From the NCBI GenBank assembly GCA_043825215.1, contig JBDRSD010000063.1, forward strand, positions 1-55,754: 55,754 bases of DNA, written 5' to 3'. The stretch is from Nanobdellota archaeon (GTDB taxonomy: Archaea; Nanobdellota; Nanobdellia; Woesearchaeales; JAHJEM01). The notes beneath the pieces were generated by a model. It saw only the letters and a list, made by a program, of their open reading frames with translations. It did not search any database and had not been told where the DNA came from. Both the position numbers and the translations under genes were made by a program. Each line of letters opens with the position of its first letter. The stretch's first letter is position 1. This document shows positions 38,204 to 47,247 of the stretch, piece by piece.

Positions 38204-38390
38204 AAGTCCACCCTTGGAATTTAATACAGAAATTGCAAGTATATGAGTATTTAAACTTTTCTGTTCTTGCTCTTTCAATACTCTTCTTCTACCTCGGATT
38301 TTCCTTATGTATTCCTAACTTATCAATGACAGGAAATATTGATAAGTGAATGTATTCCATTTATACACTGAAATATTGGAGGTACATAAC

Positions 38391-39140
38391 ATGAACAAAC
38401 TATTGCTATATGTAGTAATGGCAACAATGGTCTCTACTGTTGTCCTTGCAGCACCGAAGTACAGCTGCAGCGACACAGATGGCGGCAACTTACCCTTTAC
38501 CTTTGGGACGGTAAGCGGGAATTACAACAAGGTTCCCTATAGCTATGGTGATTATTGCATCGATTCAGGAAACCTCAGGGAATACTGGTGCAATACCAAA
38601 TACTGGGCATACACAGACCAGAGTTGCGGAACAGACTATTACGGCAGCAACTACTGCACAGGAAATGTCGTCTACAAAGACCTGACTGACTACTCCTGCG
38701 GAAGCGGTATTTGTGACAGCCAGGTTGTGCCTGAAGTTGTTCAAGACTGTGATGCATCTGATGGCTATTACGGCACGAACTACTGCCTCTATGACAACGT
38801 CTACCAGGACTACCTAGATTATTACTGCTCAGGTGGAGCCTGCCCGTACGACACGACACCAACACTAGTCGAAGCTTGCAACTGGGGATGTACCGCGGGT
38901 GTCTGCGACCCACAACCTAATTCCTGCAGCGACACCGACGGCGGAATCAACCTTCCAGTACTTGGAACTGTGTCTGGATTTTACATCAACCAGACCTACA
39001 ACTATACTGACTTCTGCGTCGACTCAGACCAACTCTATGAGTACTACTGTGGTGGCAATTATCAGTATGGATTTGCCACAAGCTGCTCAGGAGGAAACCA
39101 GACGAACTACACAGGTTGCAGTGTAGGCAGGTGCGTATAA
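38391..39140 (+). CDS. secreted cysteine-rich repeat protein
   Basis: signal peptide; two CSDTDGG..GTVSG..D.C...L.EY.C repeats flanking two YYG.NYC repeats; ggaggt RBS. Confidence 0.85.
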   Translation: MNKLLLYVVMATMVSTVVLAAPKYSCSDTDGGNLPFTFGTVSGNYNKVPYSYGDYCIDSGNLREYWCNTKYWAYTDQSCGTDYYGSNYCTGNVVYKDLTDYSCGSGICDSQVVPEVVQDCDASDGYYGTNYCLYDNVYQDYLDYYCSGGACPYDTTPTLVEACNWGCTAGVCDPQPNSCSDTDGGINLPVLGTVSGFYINQTYNYTDFCVDSDQLYEYYCGGNYQYGFATSCSGGNQTNYTGCSVGRCV

Positions 39141-39209
39141 TCTCTTTCATTTTTTTTCTTTTTTAAAAACATCACTTTTAAAAAAAGGACTATTTTCTTA
39201 AAGAACAAT

Positions 39210-39356
39210 GGGGCTGTAGTGTAGCTTGGCCAGCGGCAATCCAGAATTGCCTGGGTTGCTCTGTGAGCAACTATCACTGGCCCTTGGGGTGGCATTAAAG
39301 CCTATGTTTGTGCTTCCACAATGGGTCCAACCGGGGTTCGAATCCTCGCAGCCCCA
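39210..39356 (+). tRNA. tRNA-Pro(GGG), two introns: D-loop 41 nt (39230-39270) and 37/38 32 nt (39290-39321)
   Basis: GGGGCTG/CAGCCCC acceptor, GGCCC/GGGTC stem; BHB helix GCTT/GAGC. Confidence 0.9.
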
Positions 39357-39451
39357 GTTTTTTCGTGGAACTTCGAACGTATGTGAGAATGTTCCACTGG
39401 GTGTCGCTTATCAGCGGCGAAAGGCTGCGTTCCTGTATCCTTGCAGCCCCA
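39357..39451 (+). mobile_element. 95-bp tRNA 3' mini-element, family B (Pro copy)
   Basis: atccttgcagcccca (39437-39451) repeats 39342-39356 at 14/15; architecture shared with 47112-47202. Confidence 0.7.
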
Positions 39452-39620
39452 TATTCAAGAACTCTGCAGGCATTCTGTAAAATTACTTCAAGCATCTCTT
39501 GCCTATGCTATCTGTCCACGATCTGTGAATTGGTTGCCAATCACTGTTGATAAAATATCGGCATAACTAAAATATCTATGCAACCGATATATTTAAATAT
39601 GAATTATCAATATCAACATC

Positions 39621-40550
39621 ATGATCAATGCTGCTTTGTACAAAAGGATTATTGAAAAGACAAAGGACCTGAATAGGCACAAGCCTTTTGATAAGCTGCA
39701 ATTGCAGAAGCTCAAAGAGCAATTCGCAATCCAATACATCTACAATAGCACAGCTATCGAGGGAAACACAATAACCCTGCAAGAGACAGAACTCATCCTG
39801 GGTCAAGGAATAACAATAGGTGGGAAAAGCCTGAGAGAGCATCTTGACATCACGAATCAGAGAGAAGCTCTCACTTGGATAGAACAGAAGACAAAAGGAC
39901 GTTTGTTGGAGGCAGATATGCTGACATTGCATCGCATCACACTCAAAGGCATCTCTGATTTCTGGGCTGGCAGATACAAGACGAGCCAGAACAGGATCCT
40001 GGGATCAAGGCTGAAGACAACTCCCCCCCATAAGGTGTATTCAGAGATACTTAACCTCATGCATGTCATCAACAAGAATCCAGAGAAGCTTAATCCAATC
40101 GAGCTCTCAGCATGGGCACATCATGAGATAGCAAGAATCCATCCTTTTGTGGATGGCAATGGAAGAACAGCCAGATTGCTCTGCAATCTCATACTGATGA
40201 AAGCTGGCTATCCGCCAGTGATAATCCGCAATAAGGATCGTAAGAAGTACATTGATTGCTTAGAAAAGGCACATTTTGGAGACTTGAATCCATTTGTTGA
40301 TTTCATCGGCAAGGCTGTTGAAGAATCACTCATGCTCTATCTGAACGCATTTGAGAGATCCACTGCCGAGAAGGATCTGGTGCCATTGTCTGAACTGAAG
40401 ACACACTATTCTCAGGAATACCTCAGCCTTCTTGCTCGCAGAGGTTCATTGTCTGCTGTCAAGATCAATGGGGCATGGCACAGCAGCAAAAAAGAGCTGG
40501 GCCTATATCAAAAAAGAAGAAAATATCGGATTAAGATGAAATTGCGATAA
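39621..40550 (+). CDS. Fic-domain protein with N-terminal autoinhibitory motif
   Basis: HPFVDGNGRTAR and STAIEGN; C-terminal HTH-like tail. Confidence 0.93.
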   Translation: MINAALYKRIIEKTKDLNRHKPFDKLQLQKLKEQFAIQYIYNSTAIEGNTITLQETELILGQGITIGGKSLREHLDITNQREALTWIEQKTKGRLLEADMLTLHRITLKGISDFWAGRYKTSQNRILGSRLKTTPPHKVYSEILNLMHVINKNPEKLNPIELSAWAHHEIARIHPFVDGNGRTARLLCNLILMKAGYPPVIIRNKDRKKYIDCLEKAHFGDLNPFVDFIGKAVEESLMLYLNAFERSTAEKDLVPLSELKTHYSQEYLSLLARRGSLSAVKINGAWHSSKKELGLYQKRRKYRIKMKLR

Positions 40551-40619
40551 ATCGATATTTTACTCGAATCCAGACATTTGCCAGCAATCTTTTACAAATC
40601 TGTTTTTTCTCCGATTCTC

Positions 40620-40735
40620 GGGGCTGTAGTGTAGCTTGGATAACAAGGGATAAGAATGCCGCTAACTGCTTACTGAGCAGCTGCTTTTCCTCGCAAGGCA
40701 TTTAAACTCATCCTTGTTTCTTTGCTGGTTATCCC
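40620..40735 (+). pseudogene. tRNA-Pro 5' fragment followed by a long hairpin
   Basis: ggggctgtagtgtagcttgg identical to 39210-39229, stopping exactly at the D-loop intron site. Confidence 0.75.
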
Positions 40736-41134
40736 ATGAAACGACTCATCGCATGTGCTGTTGGCGGGCTTATTTCTCTTGCAGGCATCACTGGGGCTCT
40801 CTATAGCAGGGTGAACTGGCGGGCGATAGACAAGCGCGCAGACATAATCGATGCAAGGACTCTTGAAAAGGAGCTTCTTGCAGAGAGCTTATTGATCGAG
40901 CGCGACGGGAGATATAAGATAGTCGACCCGGATACTGCAAACACGACATACGAGGAATATGTAGACCGGTTGTGTATGATCCAAAGCTATGAGGGTGCAA
41001 TTGGAAAGCCGGAAGTCCTTTTCGGCCTTCTCGAATCAGACATGTATAAGGCACGGGAGCACATCTATTATGCGATTTCATTCATCGGACTGGGAATCTG
41101 TGCCATTCCCTTCTTGAAACGGAAGAATTCTTAG
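40736..41134 (+). CDS. hypothetical membrane protein
   Basis: hydrophobic N- and C-terminal helices. Confidence 0.6.
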   Translation: MKRLIACAVGGLISLAGITGALYSRVNWRAIDKRADIIDARTLEKELLAESLLIERDGRYKIVDPDTANTTYEEYVDRLCMIQSYEGAIGKPEVLFGLLESDMYKAREHIYYAISFIGLGICAIPFLKRKNS

Positions 41135-43176
41135 CTGATCCTTGAGACATGATCCGCTTTTACAACCCGTATCACGTGTTCGACAAAGCTTTCCATCTTC
41201 TGCTCGTGCGAGACGATGATGATCTGTTTTGCCCTGAGCTCCTCGAGAACATCGCGCACGCGATCAAGCTGCTCTGACGAGAATCCATCCGTCGGCTCGT
41301 CCAGGATGATCAAGTCCTTTGTCTTGACCTCTCCCATGAAATCATTCACTATGCGAAACAGCGCCAAACGGTACGCGAGTGCGACTGCAGTCTTCTCCCC
41401 GCCGGAGAGAAATTCATACGCAGTCTCATACCCGTCCTGCTCGATCACTGGAGAGAATTCCGGAGAGAGGCGCACCTTTATGCCCTCATCCTCGATTAAG
41501 ACGGAGAACCATTCCTCGAAAAAAGTATTGAACTCGCCATACACCTTCATGAGTATCTGCTTCTCGATAAGGTCTGTTAACTCGAAGAAGAAGTCATTCA
41601 GCCAGTGATGGACATCGCTTAACTTCTGCATCCGTTCCCGGACTGCGAGAAGGCGCTTAACTTCTCCTTTCACTCCTTCAATGGTCTCGTCAAGGTTCCT
41701 GATCTCTGTCTTGATCCTGCTCTCGTCCACTTCCAGCCTGTGCAGATCCTCCCGTGCAAGATCTAGGTCCTTTTTGGCTTTCAAAATCTCCTTATCAATG
41801 TCCTTGAACGATGCGATCTTCTTATCAAACACTTCTTTTTTCTCCTTTGCAAGAGAAATCTCCTTCTCAAGTTTTTTGATCAGCTCTTTTATTGAATCTG
41901 ATTTTCTTTTCTTGTCCTCAAGATTCTTCTTTTTTATCAGAAGCACGCGCAAATCCTTCTCCTGCGATTCAAGATCTCGAAGGCTTGATCTCTCCTTCTC
42001 TATTTTTGCATCTATCTCCTGCTGCTCTGTCTTAATGCCAGAAATGGCTTTTTTTATCTTTTCAATCTTCTCTTCTTCCTTCTTCTTGATGTCTGCTTTA
42101 TGCTCTCCTGTCACATCCTGCAGGCACATCGGGCAGTGGGAAAGCTTTGCGACATTTTCGATTACCTCTTCAGAATGCCTCTTTCTCGCCAGGAATTCAC
42201 CTGCTGTTCCCTGGATTTTCCCCTTCTCATCCTGAAAACCTTTAATCATGCCCTCCTTCTCAAGTATCGCTTTTCGCAGGTCTTCTGCTTCAGGGATTTT
42301 TGGCATGTCTTCCCGTAATGCCTCCTCAAGCTCGAAGAGGTCCTCTTTATTTCTTTTCATTGCCTCTTCATACGCCTTCATACGCGCCTCAAGAACTGCA
42401 ATGTCCTTCTTTAATGCTTCATGGGCTTTTCGCTCTTCTTCAAATCTCTCCCCATCTCTGGCCCTCTCCTGCATGAGATTTCTCGCAATGACCAGTTCTT
42501 TTAGCAGTTTCTCTTCATGCCCTTTTTTTGCTTGCAGGATGGCTTCCTTGTCTTCAGCCTCTTTCTTGAGGGAATCATACTGTCCGGTCTTGCTTGCGAG
42601 AAGATCTCGCTCGTTCTTGATATCCCTGGAAACGTTTATCGTGTTCTCCTTCACCCGCTTGTACTTGTCGATGTTGAACAATCGCCTGATGGTCGAGAGG
42701 CGCTCCTCGTCAGACTCGAGAAGGATCTGCTTCATCTCCTCCTGGGGCGTGTAGACTGTATACCTATAGATAAGGGACTTGGATTTCGTGAGCAGCTCGT
42801 CCGGGTACCCGATGATCTCCAGGATCTTTGACTTGAGCTCGATTGCCGTGCCTTCCATCCTGTCACCATCGATCTCGATGAAACCAGACTCCTGCCGGAT
42901 AGCCTTTCCTCCTTTGAGCCGCCTTTGCACGATAACTTCTCTACCATCTATTCCGAATGCGAGCTCAACAAACCCTTCGGTCTTTCCATGGCGAAGAAGG
43001 GCATTTCCCGACACTGCGCCCTTCATGATGCCAAAGAGGGCAAACTCTATCGCGAGAAGGATTGTTGTCTTTCCTGACCCGATATCCCCCGACAGGAGGA
43101 TCGTGCCTTCAGGAAACTCTATTGTCTCATCTTCATACGAGCGGATATTCCTCAACCGAAGAGAACGGATGATCAT
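41131..43176 (-). CDS. rad50: Rad50/SbcC SMC-like ATPase
   Basis: GDIGSGKT, coiled coils with CPMC zinc hook, LSGGE, ILDEPT. Confidence 0.9.
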   Translation of the reverse strand: MIIRSLRLRNIRSYEDETIEFPEGTILLSGDIGSGKTTILLAIEFALFGIMKGAVSGNALLRHGKTEGFVELAFGIDGREVIVQRRLKGGKAIRQESGFIEIDGDRMEGTAIELKSKILEIIGYPDELLTKSKSLIYRYTVYTPQEEMKQILLESDEERLSTIRRLFNIDKYKRVKENTINVSRDIKNERDLLASKTGQYDSLKKEAEDKEAILQAKKGHEEKLLKELVIARNLMQERARDGERFEEERKAHEALKKDIAVLEARMKAYEEAMKRNKEDLFELEEALREDMPKIPEAEDLRKAILEKEGMIKGFQDEKGKIQGTAGEFLARKRHSEEVIENVAKLSHCPMCLQDVTGEHKADIKKKEEEKIEKIKKAISGIKTEQQEIDAKIEKERSSLRDLESQEKDLRVLLIKKKNLEDKKRKSDSIKELIKKLEKEISLAKEKKEVFDKKIASFKDIDKEILKAKKDLDLAREDLHRLEVDESRIKTEIRNLDETIEGVKGEVKRLLAVRERMQKLSDVHHWLNDFFFELTDLIEKQILMKVYGEFNTFFEEWFSVLIEDEGIKVRLSPEFSPVIEQDGYETAYEFLSGGEKTAVALAYRLALFRIVNDFMGEVKTKDLIILDEPTDGFSSEQLDRVRDVLEELRAKQIIIVSHEQKMESFVEHVIRVVKADHVSRIS

Positions 43177-43300
43177 GCGAATAGCGAACGAGCCTAGCTT
43201 TTTAAAGGTTTCAAAACCGGATTTTGTTGGATCGAGGAAATAGTATATCTTGCCTTATAAAATCGAAATACATATAAATTCCATAATATCCATAACTTCC

Positions 43301-43504
43301 ATGGCAACTACAATTTCCATATCCGAAGACTTGAAGGAGAAACTCAAAAACCTCGGAAAAGCAGGCGACTCCTACGAGGATGTAATCACCAAGATGTATG
43401 AAATGACACGAAAGAACATCTTGTTATCTTTCCTCTACGACGAATCTGATTCTGTGAGTATCGATGAAGCAATCAGGCAAGCACGAAAAAAATGGCAAAA
43501 GTGA
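43301..43504 (+). CDS. RHH-type antitoxin
   Basis: MATTISISEDLKEKLKNLG..DSYEDVI; overlaps the next gene. Confidence 0.75.
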   Translation: MATTISISEDLKEKLKNLGKAGDSYEDVITKMYEMTRKNILLSFLYDESDSVSIDEAIRQARKKWQK

Positions 43505-43830
43505 TGATAACCGCTTCCCTGAAGGAAGAGATATTCAAAAGGTTCAAAGCAACATCTGAAGATGTATTGCTACACCTGAAATCCTTAGAAAATGAGCCCC
43601 ACAAAGGCAAGGCACTCGGGCATGTCGCAGAAATCGTCATCAAGGAATTGCGTTATGAAAAATTTCGTTTCTACTTCATCACTGATGGCCGTATCCTGAA
43701 ATTCGGCACAGAAGATGAATTGGCTTCCCTTCTTATCAAGTTCGTCCGTATGTCTGACAAGAAAGACCAGCAGAAGAAGATTGATGAGGTCAAGAACATC
43801 CTCAAATCACTGGGATTCGATGCATTCTGA
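43492..43830 (+). CDS. RelE/ParE-like toxin
   Basis: LENEPHKGKALG..IKELRYEKFRFYF. Confidence 0.7.
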   Translation: MAKVMITASLKEEIFKRFKATSEDVLLHLKSLENEPHKGKALGHVAEIVIKELRYEKFRFYFITDGRILKFGTEDELASLLIKFVRMSDKKDQQKKIDEVKNILKSLGFDAF

Positions 43831-43895
43831 CGATTCACTCGCTTGCTCATATAAAGTGGGCAACATTTTTAAAGAATTAACCATTAAAATAATTC

Positions 43896-43988
43896 ATGGA
43901 CCAGCGCACAAAATCAATCATTGCAACACTCATCCTCATATTCCTTGCGATGGTCATGGGAATACTCCTTCTCCTATTGACACGGTAA
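43896..43988 (+). CDS. 30-aa single-pass membrane micropeptide
   Basis: MDQRTKSIIATLILIFLAMVMGILLLLLTR; tttaaa TATA about 25 nt upstream; not in the ORF track. Confidence 0.55.
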   Translation: MDQRTKSIIATLILIFLAMVMGILLLLLTR

Positions 43989-44112
43989 TACCTTAATGTC
44001 CCTGATTGGTTTATCGTTCGTCGTTTGTTGTCGTTCCTCACTACGAACTACTCACTACTAACCCCAAAAATCCGAAACAGTTAAAAACGGCCTACGCTAA
44101 TGAATTCTCAAG

Positions 44113-46710
44113 ATGCAGGGGCTGAGCCAAAAAGAGGTAGAGCATAAGAGACTGGAGTATGGTCTAAATGAGATCAGGGAACTTGGGCATGTCTCCAAAG
44201 GAAAGATACTTCTTCGCCAGGTCAAGAAGAACTTCGTCATCTACCTCCTCGCCTTTGCTGTACTCATCTCATTCATCGTCGGAAAAACACTGACCGCATA
44301 CACGATCATCGTCATCATCGCAATCGTCATCCTCTCCGGTTTCTTCCAGGAATACAAAGCAGAACGCTCTATCCGTGCCCTGCGGAACATGACCGTTCCT
44401 GAGACCACAGTCATCCGTGAAGGCAAGGAAAGAAAGATTCTCTCACAAGAGCTTGTGCCAGGAGACATCATCATCATGCGCACAGGAGAGCGCGTGCCTG
44501 CAGACGCACTCATACTTGAGGAAAAAGAGCTTCGCGTCGAAGAAAGTGTCCTCACTGGCGAATCAAGGGATGTCAGAAAAGAAAAAACTAAAGGCGAAAC
44601 TTTTACTAAAGACAATATTATCTATATGGGAACATACATTGTCTCTGGCAAATGCACTGCGCGAATTCTTCACACAGGACTTAACACAGAATTCGGAAAG
44701 ATCGCACGCATGATCTCCACATCAGAAAAAGAACTCCTCCTCCAAAAGAAAGTGAACAAGATCGCGAAAAACATGGTGCTCCTCGCCCTCTTCTTCGCCA
44801 TCATAACTGGAATTGCCATCCTCATCAGAGCAGACGGCATATCACACGAAACCCTTATTGAAGTCCTCATTGTCATGATCGCAATTGCGGTCGCTGGATT
44901 TCCAGAAGGGTTTCCGGTCGTGCTTATCTCTACTCTTGCCTATGGCGCACATCGGATGGCACAAAAAAATGCGATCATCAACAGGATGAGTGTCATCGAG
45001 ACCCTTGGCGAGACAACTGTCATCTGCTCAGACAAGACAGGAACAATCACCAGTGGAGAAATGACTGTCAAGAAGATCTGGGCAAATGAGCGTATCCTTG
45101 ATGTGTCTGGTGTGGGGTATGATATCGATGGGGAGTTTACCTACGCTGGAAAAAAAGCAAACCTTGACCATTCTGCAAACCTTCTCCTCAGGACAAGCGC
45201 ACTCTGCAATGATTCCCGCATAGAAAAAGTGGAAGGAAAAGAGCACGTCCCACACGGATCATCAACTGAAGCTGCCCTTCTCATACTCGGCGCGAAAGGA
45301 GGAGTATTCAAAGAAGACCTCCCAGACAAGCGCGAAGAAGAGATTCCCTTCTCATCAGAGCGAAAGATGATGAGTGTCGTCTGCAAGGAAAAGGACGGAC
45401 TCTACGTCTATTCCAAAGGCGCTACCGAAATACTCCTCTCCAAAAGCACCCACATCCAAAAGAGAATGGCAGTCAAACTCACATCAAAAGAAAAGGAGAA
45501 GATCGAAAACCTCCACCATCAGCTCACAAGCCAGGGCTACCGGGTGATTGCCCTCGCATATAAAAAAACAAGAACTGCAGATATAGACAAGATCGAGCAT
45601 GGCCTGACTTTTCTCGGCCTTGCTGCAATGGAAGACCCCCCCAGAGAAGGAGTCAAGCATGCCATACACGTTGCAAAAGAAGCGGGAATCACTGTCAAGA
45701 TGATTACAGGAGACAACAAGAACACTGCAGAACACATAGCACAAGAGATCGGCATTTCTGGCCGTGCCCTCACAGGAGATGAGCTTGACAAGATGACAGA
45801 CGAAGAACTCGCAGACATCGTCCAGGAAATAACGCTTTTCGCGCGTGTACGGCCAGAACACAAACTTCGGATCGTTAAGGCGCTTAAGACTCGGGGAGAG
45901 GTCGTCACCATGACCGGAGACGGCGTCAATGACGCGCCAGCGCTCAAGGAATCCCACATTGGAGTCGCCATGGGAAAAGCAGGGACAGATGTCTCAAAGG
46001 AAGCAGCAGACATCATCCTCAAAGATGACAACTTCGCGACAATCGTAGATGCGATCAAAGAAGGACGGACAATATTTTCCAACCTGCAAAAATTTACCAC
46101 CTACCAGCTCTCGATAAATCTCGGGCAGCTCCTCCTCATAACACTTGGAGCAATTCTCGGCCTTCCCCTGCCGCTCCTTGCCATCCAGATACTCTTCATG
46201 AACCTCTTCTCAGACGAAATCACGGCAATAGCACTCGCATTCAACCCCTACTCGCACGACATCATGCAGATCAAGCCACGCAAGAACCCAGGCATCTTCA
46301 CAAAACCACTCTTCTCACTCTTCCTCATGACAGGGCTTGTCATTGGCCTCTTCTCCCTTATCATCTACTACTACTTCATCACCCACGGATATAGTCTTGA
46401 AGAGGCACGGACAACTGTTCTCATCTCCATGGTCCTCTTTGCAATAGTCAACGCATTCAACTACCGCTCATTCAGAAAACCCGTGTACAAACTGAAGCTC
46501 TTTGCCAACAGGTACCTGATCGGCGCGGCGTTCATATCGTTTCTGGGCGTACTTCTTGTCGTCTACATCCCCCCGCTCAACGTGATATTTCACACCATTT
46601 CCATCTCCGGATTTTCCTGGCTAGTTGCAATCATCGCATCCCTTGCCGCAGTCATCATCGTCGACATCTACAAGCTCTTCAACCAGAAGAGGCTCACGCA
46701 TATCCAATAG
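44113..46710 (+). CDS. cation-transporting P-type ATPase (P2-type)
   Basis: TGES, PEGFP, DKTGT, KGA, DPPR, TGDN, GDGVND. Confidence 0.95.
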   Translation: MQGLSQKEVEHKRLEYGLNEIRELGHVSKGKILLRQVKKNFVIYLLAFAVLISFIVGKTLTAYTIIVIIAIVILSGFFQEYKAERSIRALRNMTVPETTVIREGKERKILSQELVPGDIIIMRTGERVPADALILEEKELRVEESVLTGESRDVRKEKTKGETFTKDNIIYMGTYIVSGKCTARILHTGLNTEFGKIARMISTSEKELLLQKKVNKIAKNMVLLALFFAIITGIAILIRADGISHETLIEVLIVMIAIAVAGFPEGFPVVLISTLAYGAHRMAQKNAIINRMSVIETLGETTVICSDKTGTITSGEMTVKKIWANERILDVSGVGYDIDGEFTYAGKKANLDHSANLLLRTSALCNDSRIEKVEGKEHVPHGSSTEAALLILGAKGGVFKEDLPDKREEEIPFSSERKMMSVVCKEKDGLYVYSKGATEILLSKSTHIQKRMAVKLTSKEKEKIENLHHQLTSQGYRVIALAYKKTRTADIDKIEHGLTFLGLAAMEDPPREGVKHAIHVAKEAGITVKMITGDNKNTAEHIAQEIGISGRALTGDELDKMTDEELADIVQEITLFARVRPEHKLRIVKALKTRGEVVTMTGDGVNDAPALKESHIGVAMGKAGTDVSKEAADIILKDDNFATIVDAIKEGRTIFSNLQKFTTYQLSINLGQLLLITLGAILGLPLPLLAIQILFMNLFSDEITAIALAFNPYSHDIMQIKPRKNPGIFTKPLFSLFLMTGLVIGLFSLIIYYYFITHGYSLEEARTTVLISMVLFAIVNAFNYRSFRKPVYKLKLFANRYLIGAAFISFLGVLLVVYIPPLNVIFHTISISGFSWLVAIIASLAAVIIVDIYKLFNQKRLTHIQ

Positions 46711-47011
46711 GAATGTAGGCCTGGATTGCGTAGAAATAGGGGGCGAGTATGATAGAACATAGGGCAAACTTAAGAGGACATAGGGAATAAGTGGTATTTC
46801 GTCTTCTTTTTCATTAGACATTGCCGCTTTGCGGCACTTTATCCGTGCTTCGCACGGACATCTATTCATGACAATTTTTTGCCAAAGGCAAAAAAAAATT
46901 ACCAGGCAACGCCTGGATTGAAGAAAGAAAAACCCGTCACTCCCCCTAATGCAGATCATCCTATTCAGGGAGAGGTAACTTTAAAAAGGCAATATTACCA
47001 CTGCTCCCTAC

Positions 47012-47111
47012 AGCCCCGTAGTGTAGCGGTCAAAACACAGGTGACCAATCATCCTGGCCTTTGGACAATGGAAGAAAGCCAGGGACTCCGGTTCGAATCC
47101 GGACGGGGCTA
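47012..47111 (+). tRNA. tRNA-Gln(TTG), two introns: 21/22 15 nt (47034-47048) and 37/38 12 nt (47065-47076)
   Basis: A1-U72 AGCCCCG/CGGGGCT acceptor; BHB helices GGTC/GACC and CTTT/GAAG. Confidence 0.92.
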
Positions 47112-47202
47112 GTTTTTTTTCGTGGGGTTGAGTGAAGCGAAATCCCACCGGGTTCTGTATTGTCCAGGCGGAACTGGACGTTCTTGTATCCGGACGGGGC
47201 TA
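47112..47202 (+). mobile_element. 91-bp tRNA 3' mini-element, family B (Gln copy)
   Basis: atccggacggggcta at 47097 and 47188, perfect 15-bp repeat. Confidence 0.75.
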
Positions 47203-47247
47203 TCTCATTTTTTCCAGAACTGGGCTTTCCAACAACCAATCTTCAAC

